From: a virus
Length of the DNA: 32,551 bases
Reading direction: 5' to 3' (one strand)
IMG/VR virus record: IMGVR_UViG_3300029945_000585
Within the stretch, counting starts at the first letter, position 1, and each line of letters begins with the position of its first letter. The notes under the pieces were generated by a model. That model was not told the DNA's origin. It was given only the letters and a program-made list of their open reading frames with translations, and did no database searches. The translations under genes were made by a program, and so were the position numbers. Positions 15,782 to 24,393 of this stretch are shown one piece after another.

Positions 15782-17740
15782 ATGGCCCTCAGTCCCACAG
15801 CGAGCCTGACACCCACAGCAACAATCACTCCCACGCCAACTTTGCCAAGTCCGACTGTGACCCCAAGCCCAACCGTGACTCCGAGTCCAACCATAACTCC
15901 AAGTCCGACTGTGACTCCAAGCCCAACCATAACTCCAAGCCCAACGATGACCCCAACTGGGACGATAACTCCAAGCCCAACCATAACTCCAAGCCCAACG
16001 ATGACCCCAACTGGGACGATAACTCCAAGCCCAACGATGACCCCAAGCCCAACCATGACTCCCAGTCCGACTGTCACTCCAAGCCCAACGATGACTCCAA
16101 GCCCGACGATGACCCCAACTGGGACGATGACCCCGAGTCCAACTATAACTCCAAGCCCAACGATGACCCCAACTGGGACGATGACCCCAAGCCCAACCAT
16201 GACTCCCAGTCCGACCATAACTCCAAGTCCAACCAGAAGTATGACAGGAACTGCAACGCAGTCGCCGACCGCAACTTCGACGCCCAGCCCGACCCTGCCA
16301 TCGACAACGGTCACAAGCACGCAGAGTCTGATTATAAAGAATCCAGTCAACCAATCATTACCGGTGATTGCCCTGCCGCCGACTATCACATCGACGCTAT
16401 CGGTCACGTTAAGCCCCACGATACCGATTGCGACCCTGACTGGGACAAATACGGTCACCTCGGTCGCAACGGTCTCCGGCACACTGTCGCCCACCCTGGC
16501 CGGACAAAACATCGCGGTAGCGACTGGCACTACCCTGATGACTGGCGGCAATGCGAAAGGCAGCATTGTGAGCCTCCCGCCTCCCATCCCCGGTCCTACA
16601 CCTGCTCCGGCGACCAACATCGTAGTCAATGTCTCGGATTCGCTCACTGTGGTGGCGGGATCAAACGGCAACATCACCGTCGATGAATCAAGTGATATCA
16701 ATATTGTCGAGCAGGAAAACAGCGGGGCTTTGCTGACCATCAACGTGGCGCAAAACGTCATGGTCAGTGGCAATTTCCTGCCAAGCAGTGCGGGCACCGG
16801 ACAGGCAGACCAACTGGTCATCACGGGCGGCACCAGTGCGACCTATCAGCATTGGGGCGATACCGAATTCCAGGTCAATTCGAGCGCCAGCATCGATGCC
16901 AATCTGACCGGTTGTGGCACGTTCACATTCTCTTCGAGTACGGCGTTGCAGGTTCAAGAAGGTTGCGGAAACGGCCAAGACTTCTATGTCAGTACCGGCC
17001 TCATGGTGATCGATCAAGTCAGCAGTTTTGGTGGGTATATCTCGCTCGATTCGACGACCGATGTCAGTGCCAGCACTGGCGGCGGGCAGGTAATGTTGAT
17101 GGGGGTCACTGGTATCACGAGCTATCAGTCTTATGATGGGCATCTGCAACTATACAGCGGCACGACCTTGATGGAGTCGCTCAATGTTGATGACAAAGGC
17201 GGGTTTGGCGCGATCCAGACCGCAACCGGTGTCGAGTTGCAAACTGGATCGAGTGTCACGCCGACAAATGGAACACTGATCGCGAACACGACAACCACAA
17301 CCGAAATATCAGAAGGCTTAAACATCAATCCACAGGGACTGACATTCGATTCGATGACGTTCATTCATGATTCGTCCGGAATTATGGCCTCTGACGCAAG
17401 CACGATTACCGCCTCGGCATCCGCGTCAATTGGGTTTACGTTTACGGGCGGCTCCGACGCGGATGTGTTTGGCTGCGACGGGCTTGGGAGCAACACCGTG
17501 ATCAACTTCCATGCGTCCGATATTTTTCAGATTGCCAGTGTCAATTCGTTGAGCGATACCTTCTCATGGCAACAGGTCAGTCTCGGGAGTGAAAATGGCT
17601 TGGTCCTCACCGCGACGTCTAAAGTGAACCTATCTGAAACGACGAGCTTCTTGTTTGCCGGATACGCCTCGGCGGACATCAACACGCGATTGGTGCTAGC
17701 CGATACCACCACGGGTAGTGTCGTCACCGCCAAAGCGTGA
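15782..17740 (+). CDS. TPSPT-repeat linker protein with C-terminal beta-helix-like (adhesin/tail-spike-like) domain
   Basis: AAGGAG 8 nt upstream of ATG 15782. ~22 tandem TPSPT[VIM] hexapeptides. ~450-aa C-terminal region rich in G/S/T/N/V beta-strand repeats. No classical signal peptide seen. Confidence 0.7.
   Translation: MALSPTASLTPTATITPTPTLPSPTVTPSPTVTPSPTITPSPTVTPSPTITPSPTMTPTGTITPSPTITPSPTMTPTGTITPSPTMTPSPTMTPSPTVTPSPTMTPSPTMTPTGTMTPSPTITPSPTMTPTGTMTPSPTMTPSPTITPSPTRSMTGTATQSPTATSTPSPTLPSTTVTSTQSLIIKNPVNQSLPVIALPPTITSTLSVTLSPTIPIATLTGTNTVTSVATVSGTLSPTLAGQNIAVATGTTLMTGGNAKGSIVSLPPPIPGPTPAPATNIVVNVSDSLTVVAGSNGNITVDESSDINIVEQENSGALLTINVAQNVMVSGNFLPSSAGTGQADQLVITGGTSATYQHWGDTEFQVNSSASIDANLTGCGTFTFSSSTALQVQEGCGNGQDFYVSTGLMVIDQVSSFGGYISLDSTTDVSASTGGGQVMLMGVTGITSYQSYDGHLQLYSGTTLMESLNVDDKGGFGAIQTATGVELQTGSSVTPTNGTLIANTTTTTEISEGLNINPQGLTFDSMTFIHDSSGIMASDASTITASASASIGFTFTGGSDADVFGCDGLGSNTVINFHASDIFQIASVNSLSDTFSWQQVSLGSENGLVLTATSKVNLSETTSFLFAGYASADINTRLVLADTTTGSVVTAKA
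15845..16240 (+). repeat. Tandem 18-nt coding repeat (ACTCCAAGCCCAACCRTR...) encoding TPSPT[VIM]/TPTGT[IM] units
   Basis: Direct reading of near-identical 18-nt units. The long antisense ORF 15571..16833 (GLGV repeats) is its mirror artifact. Confidence 0.8.
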
Positions 17741-17761
17741 TGCGCAATATGATTCCTGTTT

Positions 17762-17788
17762 AGTCCGCCTTCGGGCGGACTTCTTTTT
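17762..17788 (+). terminator. Rho-independent terminator after the repeat protein gene
   Basis: AGTCCGCC-ttcg-GGCGGACT followed by TCTTTTT, 22 nt after the stop at 17740. Confidence 0.7.
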
Positions 17789-17801
17789 GAGGGCTTTGCC
17801 T

Positions 17802-18869
17802 ATGCGGATTGGCGTTTACACGATTGCTTTGAATGAGGCGCAGTTTGTTGATCGCTGGTTCGAGTCCGCCCGTGCCGCCGATTACTGGCTCGTCGCCGAC
17901 ACTGGTTCGACTGACGGCATGCAGGAACGTTTGCAGGCATACGGGGTGGACGTTCGCTCGATCGCGATCCGGCCCTGGCGCTTTGATGATGCCCGTAACG
18001 CGGCTCTGGCGATGGTTCCAGCCGATATCGATGTGGTCGTGGCCTTGGATATGGATGAGGTGCTGAGACCCGGCTGGCGCGAACGGGTGATCCGCCATTG
18101 GACAGAATGCACACGGCTACGCTATCGCTACGTGTGGTCCTGGACGGAGCACAAGCAACCGGACGTAATGTATTATGATGTCAAAATAACCACCCGCCAT
18201 GGATGGCGTTGGAGGTATCCAGTTCACGAGGTGCTGTTCCCCACAATCTCCGATGCCATGGTTACCTGTGATGACATCCTCGTTGAACATCATCCGGATT
18301 ATACCAAGCCACGTTCGCAATATCTGCCTTTGCTGCAACTGGCGGTGCAGGAAGATCGGCACGACAGTCGATGCAGTTTTCTGCTCGCACGGGAATATTT
18401 CGCACAAGGGCAATACGCCGAAGCGATTCAGCAATACGAAAGCTATTTGGCGTTACCGGCCGCCAATTGGTTTGTGGAGCGAGCGGCAGCGATGCGCCAC
18501 GTCGGGAAGAGCCACGAAGTGCTCGGCAATATCTCGGCCGCCCATACGTGGTTTTCACGGGCGACCATTGAGGACCCGACCTCGCGCGAAGTATTGGTCG
18601 ATGCTGGCCGCTTCCTCGCCGGGCAAGGACGTCATCACGCGGCGATCGACCTGTGTGAGCGGGTCATGCATCTATCGAATGAAATGAGTCCGCAGCAGGA
18701 CGAACGCTATGCCCGTGCCGAAGGGGCGTATGATGTCGCCGCCGTCGCCTATTTCAGTTTGGGCGACTACCCTCAGGCTGTGGCAATGGCGGAAAAGGCG
18801 GTGGAACTGAATCCGCATGAGCCACGCTTGCAGGCAAATTTGGAGATGATCCGCACGAAGCTGCGATGA
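17802..18869 (+). CDS. Family-2-like glycosyltransferase with C-terminal TPR repeats
   Basis: MRIGVYTIALNEAQFVDRWFES... is typical of GT-A/GT2-like proteins. C-terminal YAEAIQQYESYLAL...LGDYPQAVAMAEKAVELNP are TPR-like repeats. Confidence 0.65.
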   Translation: MRIGVYTIALNEAQFVDRWFESARAADYWLVADTGSTDGMQERLQAYGVDVRSIAIRPWRFDDARNAALAMVPADIDVVVALDMDEVLRPGWRERVIRHWTECTRLRYRYVWSWTEHKQPDVMYYDVKITTRHGWRWRYPVHEVLFPTISDAMVTCDDILVEHHPDYTKPRSQYLPLLQLAVQEDRHDSRCSFLLAREYFAQGQYAEAIQQYESYLALPAANWFVERAAAMRHVGKSHEVLGNISAAHTWFSRATIEDPTSREVLVDAGRFLAGQGRHHAAIDLCERVMHLSNEMSPQQDERYARAEGAYDVAAVAYFSLGDYPQAVAMAEKAVELNPHEPRLQANLEMIRTKLR

Positions 18870-19034
18870 AGTACATTGACAGTTTCCTGCATATAGGCGC
18901 ATGCGTCTGTTTAGGCGTTATTCAGAAACCGGCAATCGCCGACGCCTCGCTCGCAACCAGAGATATTTTTCAAAGCGACTTTGATCGACGCCGACGTATT
19001 TGACGCCCGCATTCGACAACGCAACGCGAGCCGC

Positions 19035-19188
19035 TTCAGCGTGTATCGTAGATGTGGTCGAGCAACCGAACGTAAGCCCCGGCTGGTCCCAGCCCGGTTG
19101 GCGTCGAGTCACCATTGAGACTGGAACAAGCATCGATCACAGAGCCACATTTACCGCACATAAACGGCTTATGACGTGTTTCCTTCAT
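19035..19188 (-). CDS. Small Cys-rich (zinc-ribbon-like) hypothetical protein, 50 aa
   Basis: Read from the minus strand: MKETRHKPFMCGKCGSVIDACSS... with GGTGAGG upstream. Below the ORF-track size cutoff. Confidence 0.25.
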
Positions 19189-19203
19189 ATGGCCTCACCA
19201 CAA

Positions 19204-19389
19204 CTAGGGACCGGTCTTCTTCACGCTCGTAAGCCGGAACACATCGACCTCTTGCATGTCCGAATAATCCGACCACGCTTCCTGTTCGCCATAGGCCTCG
19301 ATCTCAGCACGAGCGGCGGCGGCCGACGCCGCCGAGACCCGGATTCGCCGGGTTATCTTTCGCTCGATCGTTACCAAGAAATCAGCCAT
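19204..19389 (-). CDS. Small hypothetical protein (61 aa)
   Basis: ORF immediately downstream (8 nt) of 19397..19933 on the same strand. Confidence 0.4.
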   Translation of the reverse strand: MADFLVTIERKITRRIRVSAASAAAARAEIEAYGEQEAWSDYSDMQEVDVFRLTSVKKTGP

Positions 19390-19396
19390 AATTTAC

Positions 19397-19933
19397 TCAC
19401 CGGGGCTCGTCGCTTACGCCAACAATCGCAAATAGGGCCTCGAACTCGTCCCGGTGCAATTCCATTGGGCTCGACTCGACGATTTCCTGCGGGACACCAA
19501 GGGCAAGGGCTTCCTGTTTTACGCTCTCAAACCACTCAGGAGTCAAATCCCACCTTTTGGCACGGATTTTGTTGGCGAAATACAACCCACCCAGATGTTG
19601 ATCGGCTCCGGCCGCAAACCATCCGGCCCGCAATGACAACTCCGCATAGGCGCGATCCATTTTGCGATCCTCGGTCATTTCGCACCTGACGCCCAGGGCG
19701 CGCTTAAATGTTGCGTCAACGACTGCCTTCGATCCGGCTGATGACGGCGGCAGGAAAAGGCGAGGTCCGCCCTTGCCGTGCTTGTTCGTCGGCGCCCAGC
19801 CCTTGTCGCCAGCAGCCTTGACCTGCTTGTAGCAGTCAGGCCCGACCCACGGCAGTTGTCCGCCATCCTCGGTCATAACCACGTATGTCTTGCCGCTGAG
19901 GATTTTGCCGCAGGCGAAGCAACGTTCGGTCAT
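19397..19933 (-). CDS. Hypothetical protein with N-terminal CxxC
   Basis: 178-aa ORF MTERCFACGKILSGKTYVV... Confidence 0.5.
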   Translation of the reverse strand: MTERCFACGKILSGKTYVVMTEDGGQLPWVGPDCYKQVKAAGDKGWAPTNKHGKGGPRLFLPPSSAGSKAVVDATFKRALGVRCEMTEDRKMDRAYAELSLRAGWFAAGADQHLGGLYFANKIRAKRWDLTPEWFESVKQEALALGVPQEIVESSPMELHRDEFEALFAIVGVSDEPR

Positions 19934-19959
19934 CTGGTTAGTCCTCCGTTTAGGGTCCG

Positions 19960-20163
19960 TTACCGAGAGGGTAGCGAATGGCAGTGGACCAAATAGTCAA
20001 CGGCATCCTGCTCTGTCGGGAACCACTTTTGCTCATGGAACCCTATGGGGTGCGTCCAATACTCACCGCCCGGTGGGCGCGGCCGGTCTATGCGGCCCAC
20101 AAATCTTTCGCCGACGAAAACACCAGTGCGATAGTCGCCTTCGTTCTCGGTACGCACTGACAT
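19960..20163 (-). CDS. Small hypothetical protein (67 aa)
   Basis: Internal Met of ORF 19960..20331 (MSVRTENEGDYRTGVFVGERF...). GGAG 9 nt upstream. Confidence 0.35.
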   Translation of the reverse strand: MSVRTENEGDYRTGVFVGERFVGRIDRPRPPGGEYWTHPIGFHEQKWFPTEQDAVDYLVHCHSLPSR

Positions 20164-20409
20164 TTTGGATTTCTCCGCTTGAGTGAAGGGGCCAAAGCCC
20201 CCTTTGCAGGTTAGTAGGATACGGGGACGGCATCTGACTTTCTCCGTCCGTTTGGGTTTTGGAAGCCGGTTTCTGCACCGTCCGCCATTTCTGATTGACA
20301 ACATGCACCCACTCCTGTAAAAATGCAACAAGAGATTTATGCAGGATGAAAATCAACATAGACCGGCGGGGCGTTCCTGTCGGTGAAAAGTTCACAGGGA
20401 AGACGGACC

Positions 20410-20736
20410 ATGGCATCGCCCAATGATACCATCATTACCCTCGCGATGGGCGGCACTCTCGTCGATAGCAGCGGCAACCAATGGACCATCACCAGTGGTG
20501 GTCAGGCAGCAGAGAATGGCGTCACGGACACCGGCACCAATCAGGTTGTCGAGATGGCTTACGTAAATGGTTTGGTGTGGCAGGAGAGTGCCGCTGGTCT
20601 AGAATTCGAACATCCGACAAAACCGATCATCATAGAGCGTCGCGATCGCATCCCGGTTGGCGCTAAAGCGGCGCCGCCAATGCCGCAATGTTTGCGCATA
20701 GTGCAGACCGAGAATTTCGATATCGGTTATCTTTAA
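20410..20736 (+). CDS. Hypothetical protein (overlaps the 3' end of the cfa fragment in antisense)
   Basis: MASPNDTIITLAMGGTLVDSSGNQWTITSGG... The 3' part may be spurious. Confidence 0.25.
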   Translation: MASPNDTIITLAMGGTLVDSSGNQWTITSGGQAAENGVTDTGTNQVVEMAYVNGLVWQESAAGLEFEHPTKPIIIERRDRIPVGAKAAPPMPQCLRIVQTENFDIGYL

Positions 20737-21078
20737 ACCGGTTCGTTCCACCGCTGGGAGAACTTCGGAGAGGGCCGGGGCATAGCCGCCAGGGAAAATA
20801 TATTTGCGGAGCCAGGGATTGGTACTGCCCGGTCCCCGGCTGCGCCCGATCGCATGGATAAGCGCGATGCCATCCGGTTTCAGACAGCGGTGGATCGCAT
20901 CGAAGTACGCTTGATAATGGCCGATCCCGACATGTTCGAACATGCCGACCGAGACGACGCGATCGAAGGTCCCGGTGATCGCCCGGTAATCCAGCAACCG
21001 GAAGTGCACACACTCGGCCAAACCCGCCGCCTCGGCCCGGCCGCGCGCCTCGCTGAGTTGTTCGGCTGACAAGGTGAT
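20599..21078 (-). pseudogene. cfa: Cyclopropane-fatty-acyl-phospholipid synthase (CFA synthase family methyltransferase), C-terminal fragment
   Basis: ITLSAEQ...DYRAITGTFDRVVSVGMFEHVG..YQAYF....LKPDGIALIHAI are CMAS-family motifs. Homology begins abruptly at the ITLS codon (top at 21078). Confidence 0.7.
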
Positions 21079-21219
21079 CGACCGACCACAACATCCCGGC
21101 GCCAGGGGCATTCTGCGCACGGGATCGGCATGCAAAAATCATTCATCTTCACGCTCCCATCACAGCTATTGTTCGAACAGTGGTTTTCGGTAGGATCACG
21201 ACAGTTGGAAGGGTTACCC

Positions 21220-21510
21220 ATGTCACAGGCGGACGAAACACAAATCGCGGCTTTGCTCGAAAGTCTGACCGACGAGCGGCTGAATGCCATGACGGAAGCT
21301 GAATTGGATGCCGCTTTGGCTATCGTAGGAATTGATAGCACAAAGTTGCTCGAAGGGGCGGCAAAGCTAATTGATCAGGCACGGATCATGGGCAAGATCG
21401 ATGACGTGGAGACGCCTCGCATTTCACCCGAGCGAGCGTTGAGGTTGTTTTACGGCCGTTCATCGCCTTGTGGTGAGCATCCGGGCGATAATGCCGACCA
21501 CGATCATTAG
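21220..21510 (+). CDS. Hypothetical acidic protein
   Basis: MSQADETQIAALLESLTDERLNAMTEAELDAALAIVG... GGAAGG upstream. Confidence 0.4.
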   Translation: MSQADETQIAALLESLTDERLNAMTEAELDAALAIVGIDSTKLLEGAAKLIDQARIMGKIDDVETPRISPERALRLFYGRSSPCGEHPGDNADHDH

Positions 21511-21678
21511 CAAACTCCAAACGATGGCCGCAGGGATGCTGTGTGGTGGCGGCATCAGGTTAGCGGCAGTCGCCACCATAATGAGTTGCAGATAAAATCC
21601 CCGCGATATGACCCCTGCTATGCGTGCGGCAAGCATCACCACGTAGAATGCCAAGAGCAGCCAGCCTACTCCTCCCAT
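21460..21678 (-). CDS. Small membrane protein (2 predicted TM helices, 72 aa)
   Basis: MGGVGWLLLAFYVVMLAARIAGVISRGFYLQLIMVATAANLMPPPHSIPAAIVWSLLMIVVGIIARMLTTRR. Confidence 0.35.
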   Translation of the reverse strand: MGGVGWLLLAFYVVMLAARIAGVISRGFYLQLIMVATAANLMPPPHSIPAAIVWSLLMIVVGIIARMLTTRR

Positions 21679-21691
21679 ACCACACCTCAGG

Positions 21692-21838
21692 TCACCGGGA
21701 GAGTCCAGTATCAGAATGCCACTCGCTGCGCGAATCGTGTTCGCCCCCAAAGAACGACCAAAACGACGTGAACAGCCAGAGCATCGCCACCACAATCACG
21801 GCGGTCGAGATGCGAGGATGGCGCCGGAAAATTCCCAT
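21692..21838 (-). CDS. Small membrane protein (1 TM, 48 aa)
   Basis: MGIFRRHPRISTAVIVVAMLWLFTSFWSFFGGEHDSRSEWHSDTGLSR, 13 nt upstream of the previous small membrane gene. Below the ORF-track cutoff. Confidence 0.3.
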   Translation of the reverse strand: MGIFRRHPRISTAVIVVAMLWLFTSFWSFFGGEHDSRSEWHSDTGLSR

Positions 21839-21843
21839 TGTAT

Positions 21844-22452
21844 TCACTCCGGGTCAATGGGCCGCTGCGACGCTCCCACCTCATCGGCATCCTTTGAACC
21901 CGAGTATTCACCGGTTTGAAATCCAACCGGGAATCGGAACTTTGGATCGGCCACGGCCCAAAGGTGGTACTGGTTGGAGGCATCCATGAGGCGTGATCGA
22001 GCCGGGTATAGCTCGATAGCCTCACACTCAGGTCCCACCAATTCATCTTTACAGCGCTGCAAATCACGCCAATCGTGAATCGGCGTTTGATCGAGGCGCT
22101 TGATCGACAGATATACCATGTTGTCGCCGCTTTCCCGCAGGAGCACTTGATAGCGCGAGTTGACGAACAGCTTGCTCGCGGTCTGCTCTGCAAAATGGGC
22201 GAGCACCTGGGCTTCGGACAGATCGGTTTGTTTCATAAACGCTTTGATCTGCGCGGTGGTCAGAGGCCGATGCGTGCGTTCCTCGAACGGTGTCCAGGGC
22301 GCCTGTTCGATCAGGCCACGATCCGCCCGATCCAGAACATCCCGCGCCATTTTATAAACTGATCCATTGCGGATCGCCGCAACCGTGTCGCTGATATCGA
22401 TGAGCCGCAGCAAGGCTGCCAGTGCACCTGTTAAATCACGCCGACTACTCAT
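21844..22452 (-). CDS. Hypothetical protein
   Basis: 202-aa ORF within the insertion. Confidence 0.5.
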   Translation of the reverse strand: MSSRRDLTGALAALLRLIDISDTVAAIRNGSVYKMARDVLDRADRGLIEQAPWTPFEERTHRPLTTAQIKAFMKQTDLSEAQVLAHFAEQTASKLFVNSRYQVLLRESGDNMVYLSIKRLDQTPIHDWRDLQRCKDELVGPECEAIELYPARSRLMDASNQYHLWAVADPKFRFPVGFQTGEYSGSKDADEVGASQRPIDPE

Positions 22453-22489
22453 GGTTCCAATGTTCCCTTCAACCCAGCGCGGTGGCTGG

Positions 22490-22897
22490 TTAATCCAATC
22501 TCAACTGTGTATTCAGCGACTTCGGACGTACCTTGAACCAGATGTGTAGCTCGCGTTCAAGGAAGGTGAAATCGTCCGGTTTATCGTCTTGTAGCGCTCG
22601 CCATTCAAAATCGCTGTAATGTGTTGGATGCATCGGCACATCAAAATTGTCCCGATTGGGAAATTCGCGAGTGCCAGACCCAAGCCGATAGATCATCAAT
22701 TTGGGCGTCCAGTCTTCATCGGGAGTCTCCCGTTCCAAATACACCCGATGCAGCTTGGCTGGATGGGTGAACGCCAGTCCGACCCGCATGCCGGGCGCTA
22801 CGATCTCAAAGGTAAACCCATACCGCATGAGCAGATCAGCATAGCGCTTATGTGCGGCATCCTCGTAGTGGATGGATAGGCTTTCGTCGATTGACAT
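22490..22897 (-). CDS. Hypothetical protein
   Basis: 135-aa ORF within the insertion. Confidence 0.5.
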   Translation of the reverse strand: MSIDESLSIHYEDAAHKRYADLLMRYGFTFEIVAPGMRVGLAFTHPAKLHRVYLERETPDEDWTPKLMIYRLGSGTREFPNRDNFDVPMHPTHYSDFEWRALQDDKPDDFTFLERELHIWFKVRPKSLNTQLRLD

Positions 22898-22967
22898 GAT
22901 CAGGCCCTCATCAATTCATCAGTGACAGGAATCTTGCGCGTACCAAACTTGACCTTTTTGATATCGC

Positions 22968-23528
22968 CTAGCATGGCGGTGCAGCCGGTTGCAGAGCCAG
23001 GATACGGGCCGCTTCGGTGCGGCATTGCGCTGCCCGATCGGGGTTGCCCATCCCATCATAGATCGCGGCGGCCGTTTCGTAATAGCCTGCGGCCTTAGCA
23101 TAGCGCCCAGCTTCCTCGCTGTATCCGGCGTTTTCTTCGGCCCGCTCGGCTGCGTCCCGTTGCTGGCGGACCGCCTCAGCATCCCGCGCCTTTTGGAACA
23201 ACATCGAGGCAGACCCCGCCAGATTCTGCTTGCGCCCCATCCACTCGCCTACCATGGCACTTTCTTTGGGTGAAAGCATGCCTTCACCGATCCAGGCATC
23301 AACCAACTGGCCCTCCGCGACCGGACCAAAGCCGGGGATAAACCCGCTGCTCATCGCCTTGCGCCATTGGACATGGCCCTTGGGGTGGCCCTTGTTCTTC
23401 CCGGTTTGGAGGATCGGCAGGCTGGCGATGGCTTCCTCGCCAAACAGCTTCGTCGCCCACTCGCGTCCAAAGTCGGAAGACAGCGCGGCGTGCTTGGTAA
23501 GAAGCTGAACAGTGGGGCGACGAGCCAT
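22968..23528 (-). CDS. Hypothetical protein with C-terminal TPR-like helical repeats
   Basis: AAGGA 8 nt upstream of the ATG at 23528 (MARRPTVQ...). C-terminal AGYSEEAGRYAKAAGYYETAAAIYDGMGNPDRAAQ. Confidence 0.45.
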   Translation of the reverse strand: MARRPTVQLLTKHAALSSDFGREWATKLFGEEAIASLPILQTGKNKGHPKGHVQWRKAMSSGFIPGFGPVAEGQLVDAWIGEGMLSPKESAMVGEWMGRKQNLAGSASMLFQKARDAEAVRQQRDAAERAEENAGYSEEAGRYAKAAGYYETAAAIYDGMGNPDRAAQCRTEAARILALQPAAPPC

Positions 23529-23717
23529 AACCAACATCCTTGAAAGACAGGATGTTCATACCACGTTCGAAGCGTTTGTCAACTGAATTGGTTCGGAATC
23601 GGACAGACTGCTGTGTGCTTAATTAGTTTAGGTTGGTCGGGTAGCCAGGAAATCCGCGTACTGTCCAAGACGGCCGCCACGCCCTCGCAGGCTTCGGTTT
23701 GGCCCAGGTTCGGGCTT

Positions 23718-24338
23718 CCCCGTTACCTGGGCGCCATACTCACGGGCCAGCGTCAAGGCCATGCCGCCCCAGCCACAGCCGATATCGAGCACGTGTAAAT
23801 CAGATCGATCGAGGCGTAATTTGGCGGCGATGCGATGTTTCTTCGCGGTCTGGGCTTCGTCCAAGGTTTCGTCGCCGCGTGCGAAATAGCCGCAGGAATA
23901 TTGCCGGTCCCGATCGAGGAACAGACTGTAGAGACGCCCATTCAGATCGTAATGGTGCGCCACATTGCGTTGGGCGCGCGCGACGGGATTGTACTGCGTG
24001 AGTGTGCGCAGAAGGTTCGCCAGCCATTGGCGAACCCGAAACATCGGATGGCTGGTCGGATCACGCTCTAGATTGGTCAGCAGCACGTGCAGCACGTCGT
24101 AGATGCTGTCGCCGCGCTCGCAATCCACGGTGATGCTTCCGTCCATGTAGCCCTCGCCCAGCCCCAGGGAGGGGTTCAGCACCAAGCGGCGAATGGTTCG
24201 CTGATCATGCACTTTGAATTTGGCGCGAGGCATGCCCCCATGTTGCCCGTAGCCGGTCTGCGATCCATCGGGCCAAACGACGGTTAACCGCCCGACGACA
24301 ACGAGACGTCTGAAGAGGTGATCCAGAATCTGTTGCAT
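23718..24338 (-). pseudogene. cfa: CFA synthase N-terminal fragment (through the SAM-binding motif VLDIGCGWGGMALTLAREYGAQVTG)
   Basis: N-terminal ...WPDGS... and the VLDIGCGWGG motif I. Reading continues into non-homologous inserted sequence before a stop at 23628. Confidence 0.7.
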
Positions 24339-24393
24339 AGGAGTCTTTTACCGTGCGTCTTATAGAGATGCTAGAAGTTTCCGAGGTGTCAGC

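Larger units (their letters stand above)
21079..23717. other. ~2.64 kb insertion splitting the cfa gene; carries 6-7 small genes; no transposase or terminal inverted repeats recognised
   Basis: CFA homology stops at ...GAQVTG (codon 23718-23720) and resumes at ITLS (21076-21078) on the same strand, matching the conserved GxxVTGITLS segment of CFA synthases. Confidence 0.6.

Noticed and set aside
15571-16833. 420-aa minus-strand ORF with GLGV repeats
   Set aside because: Antisense mirror of the TPSPT tandem repeat in the + strand gene. The + gene has a strong Shine-Dalgarno sequence and coherent domain structure.
20190-20215. GGGGC-caaa-GCCCC hairpin as a terminator
   Set aside because: No T-tract on either strand and not positioned after a confident gene end.
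20880-21341. 153-aa minus ORF and 20663..21142 ORF
   Set aside because: Alternate frames overlapping the cfa C-terminal fragment and the insertion boundary. No homology or start signals.
21079-23717. Insertion-sequence or transposon identity for the cfa insertion
   Set aside because: No transposase or integrase motifs, no terminal inverted repeats, and no clear target-site duplication seen by eye.
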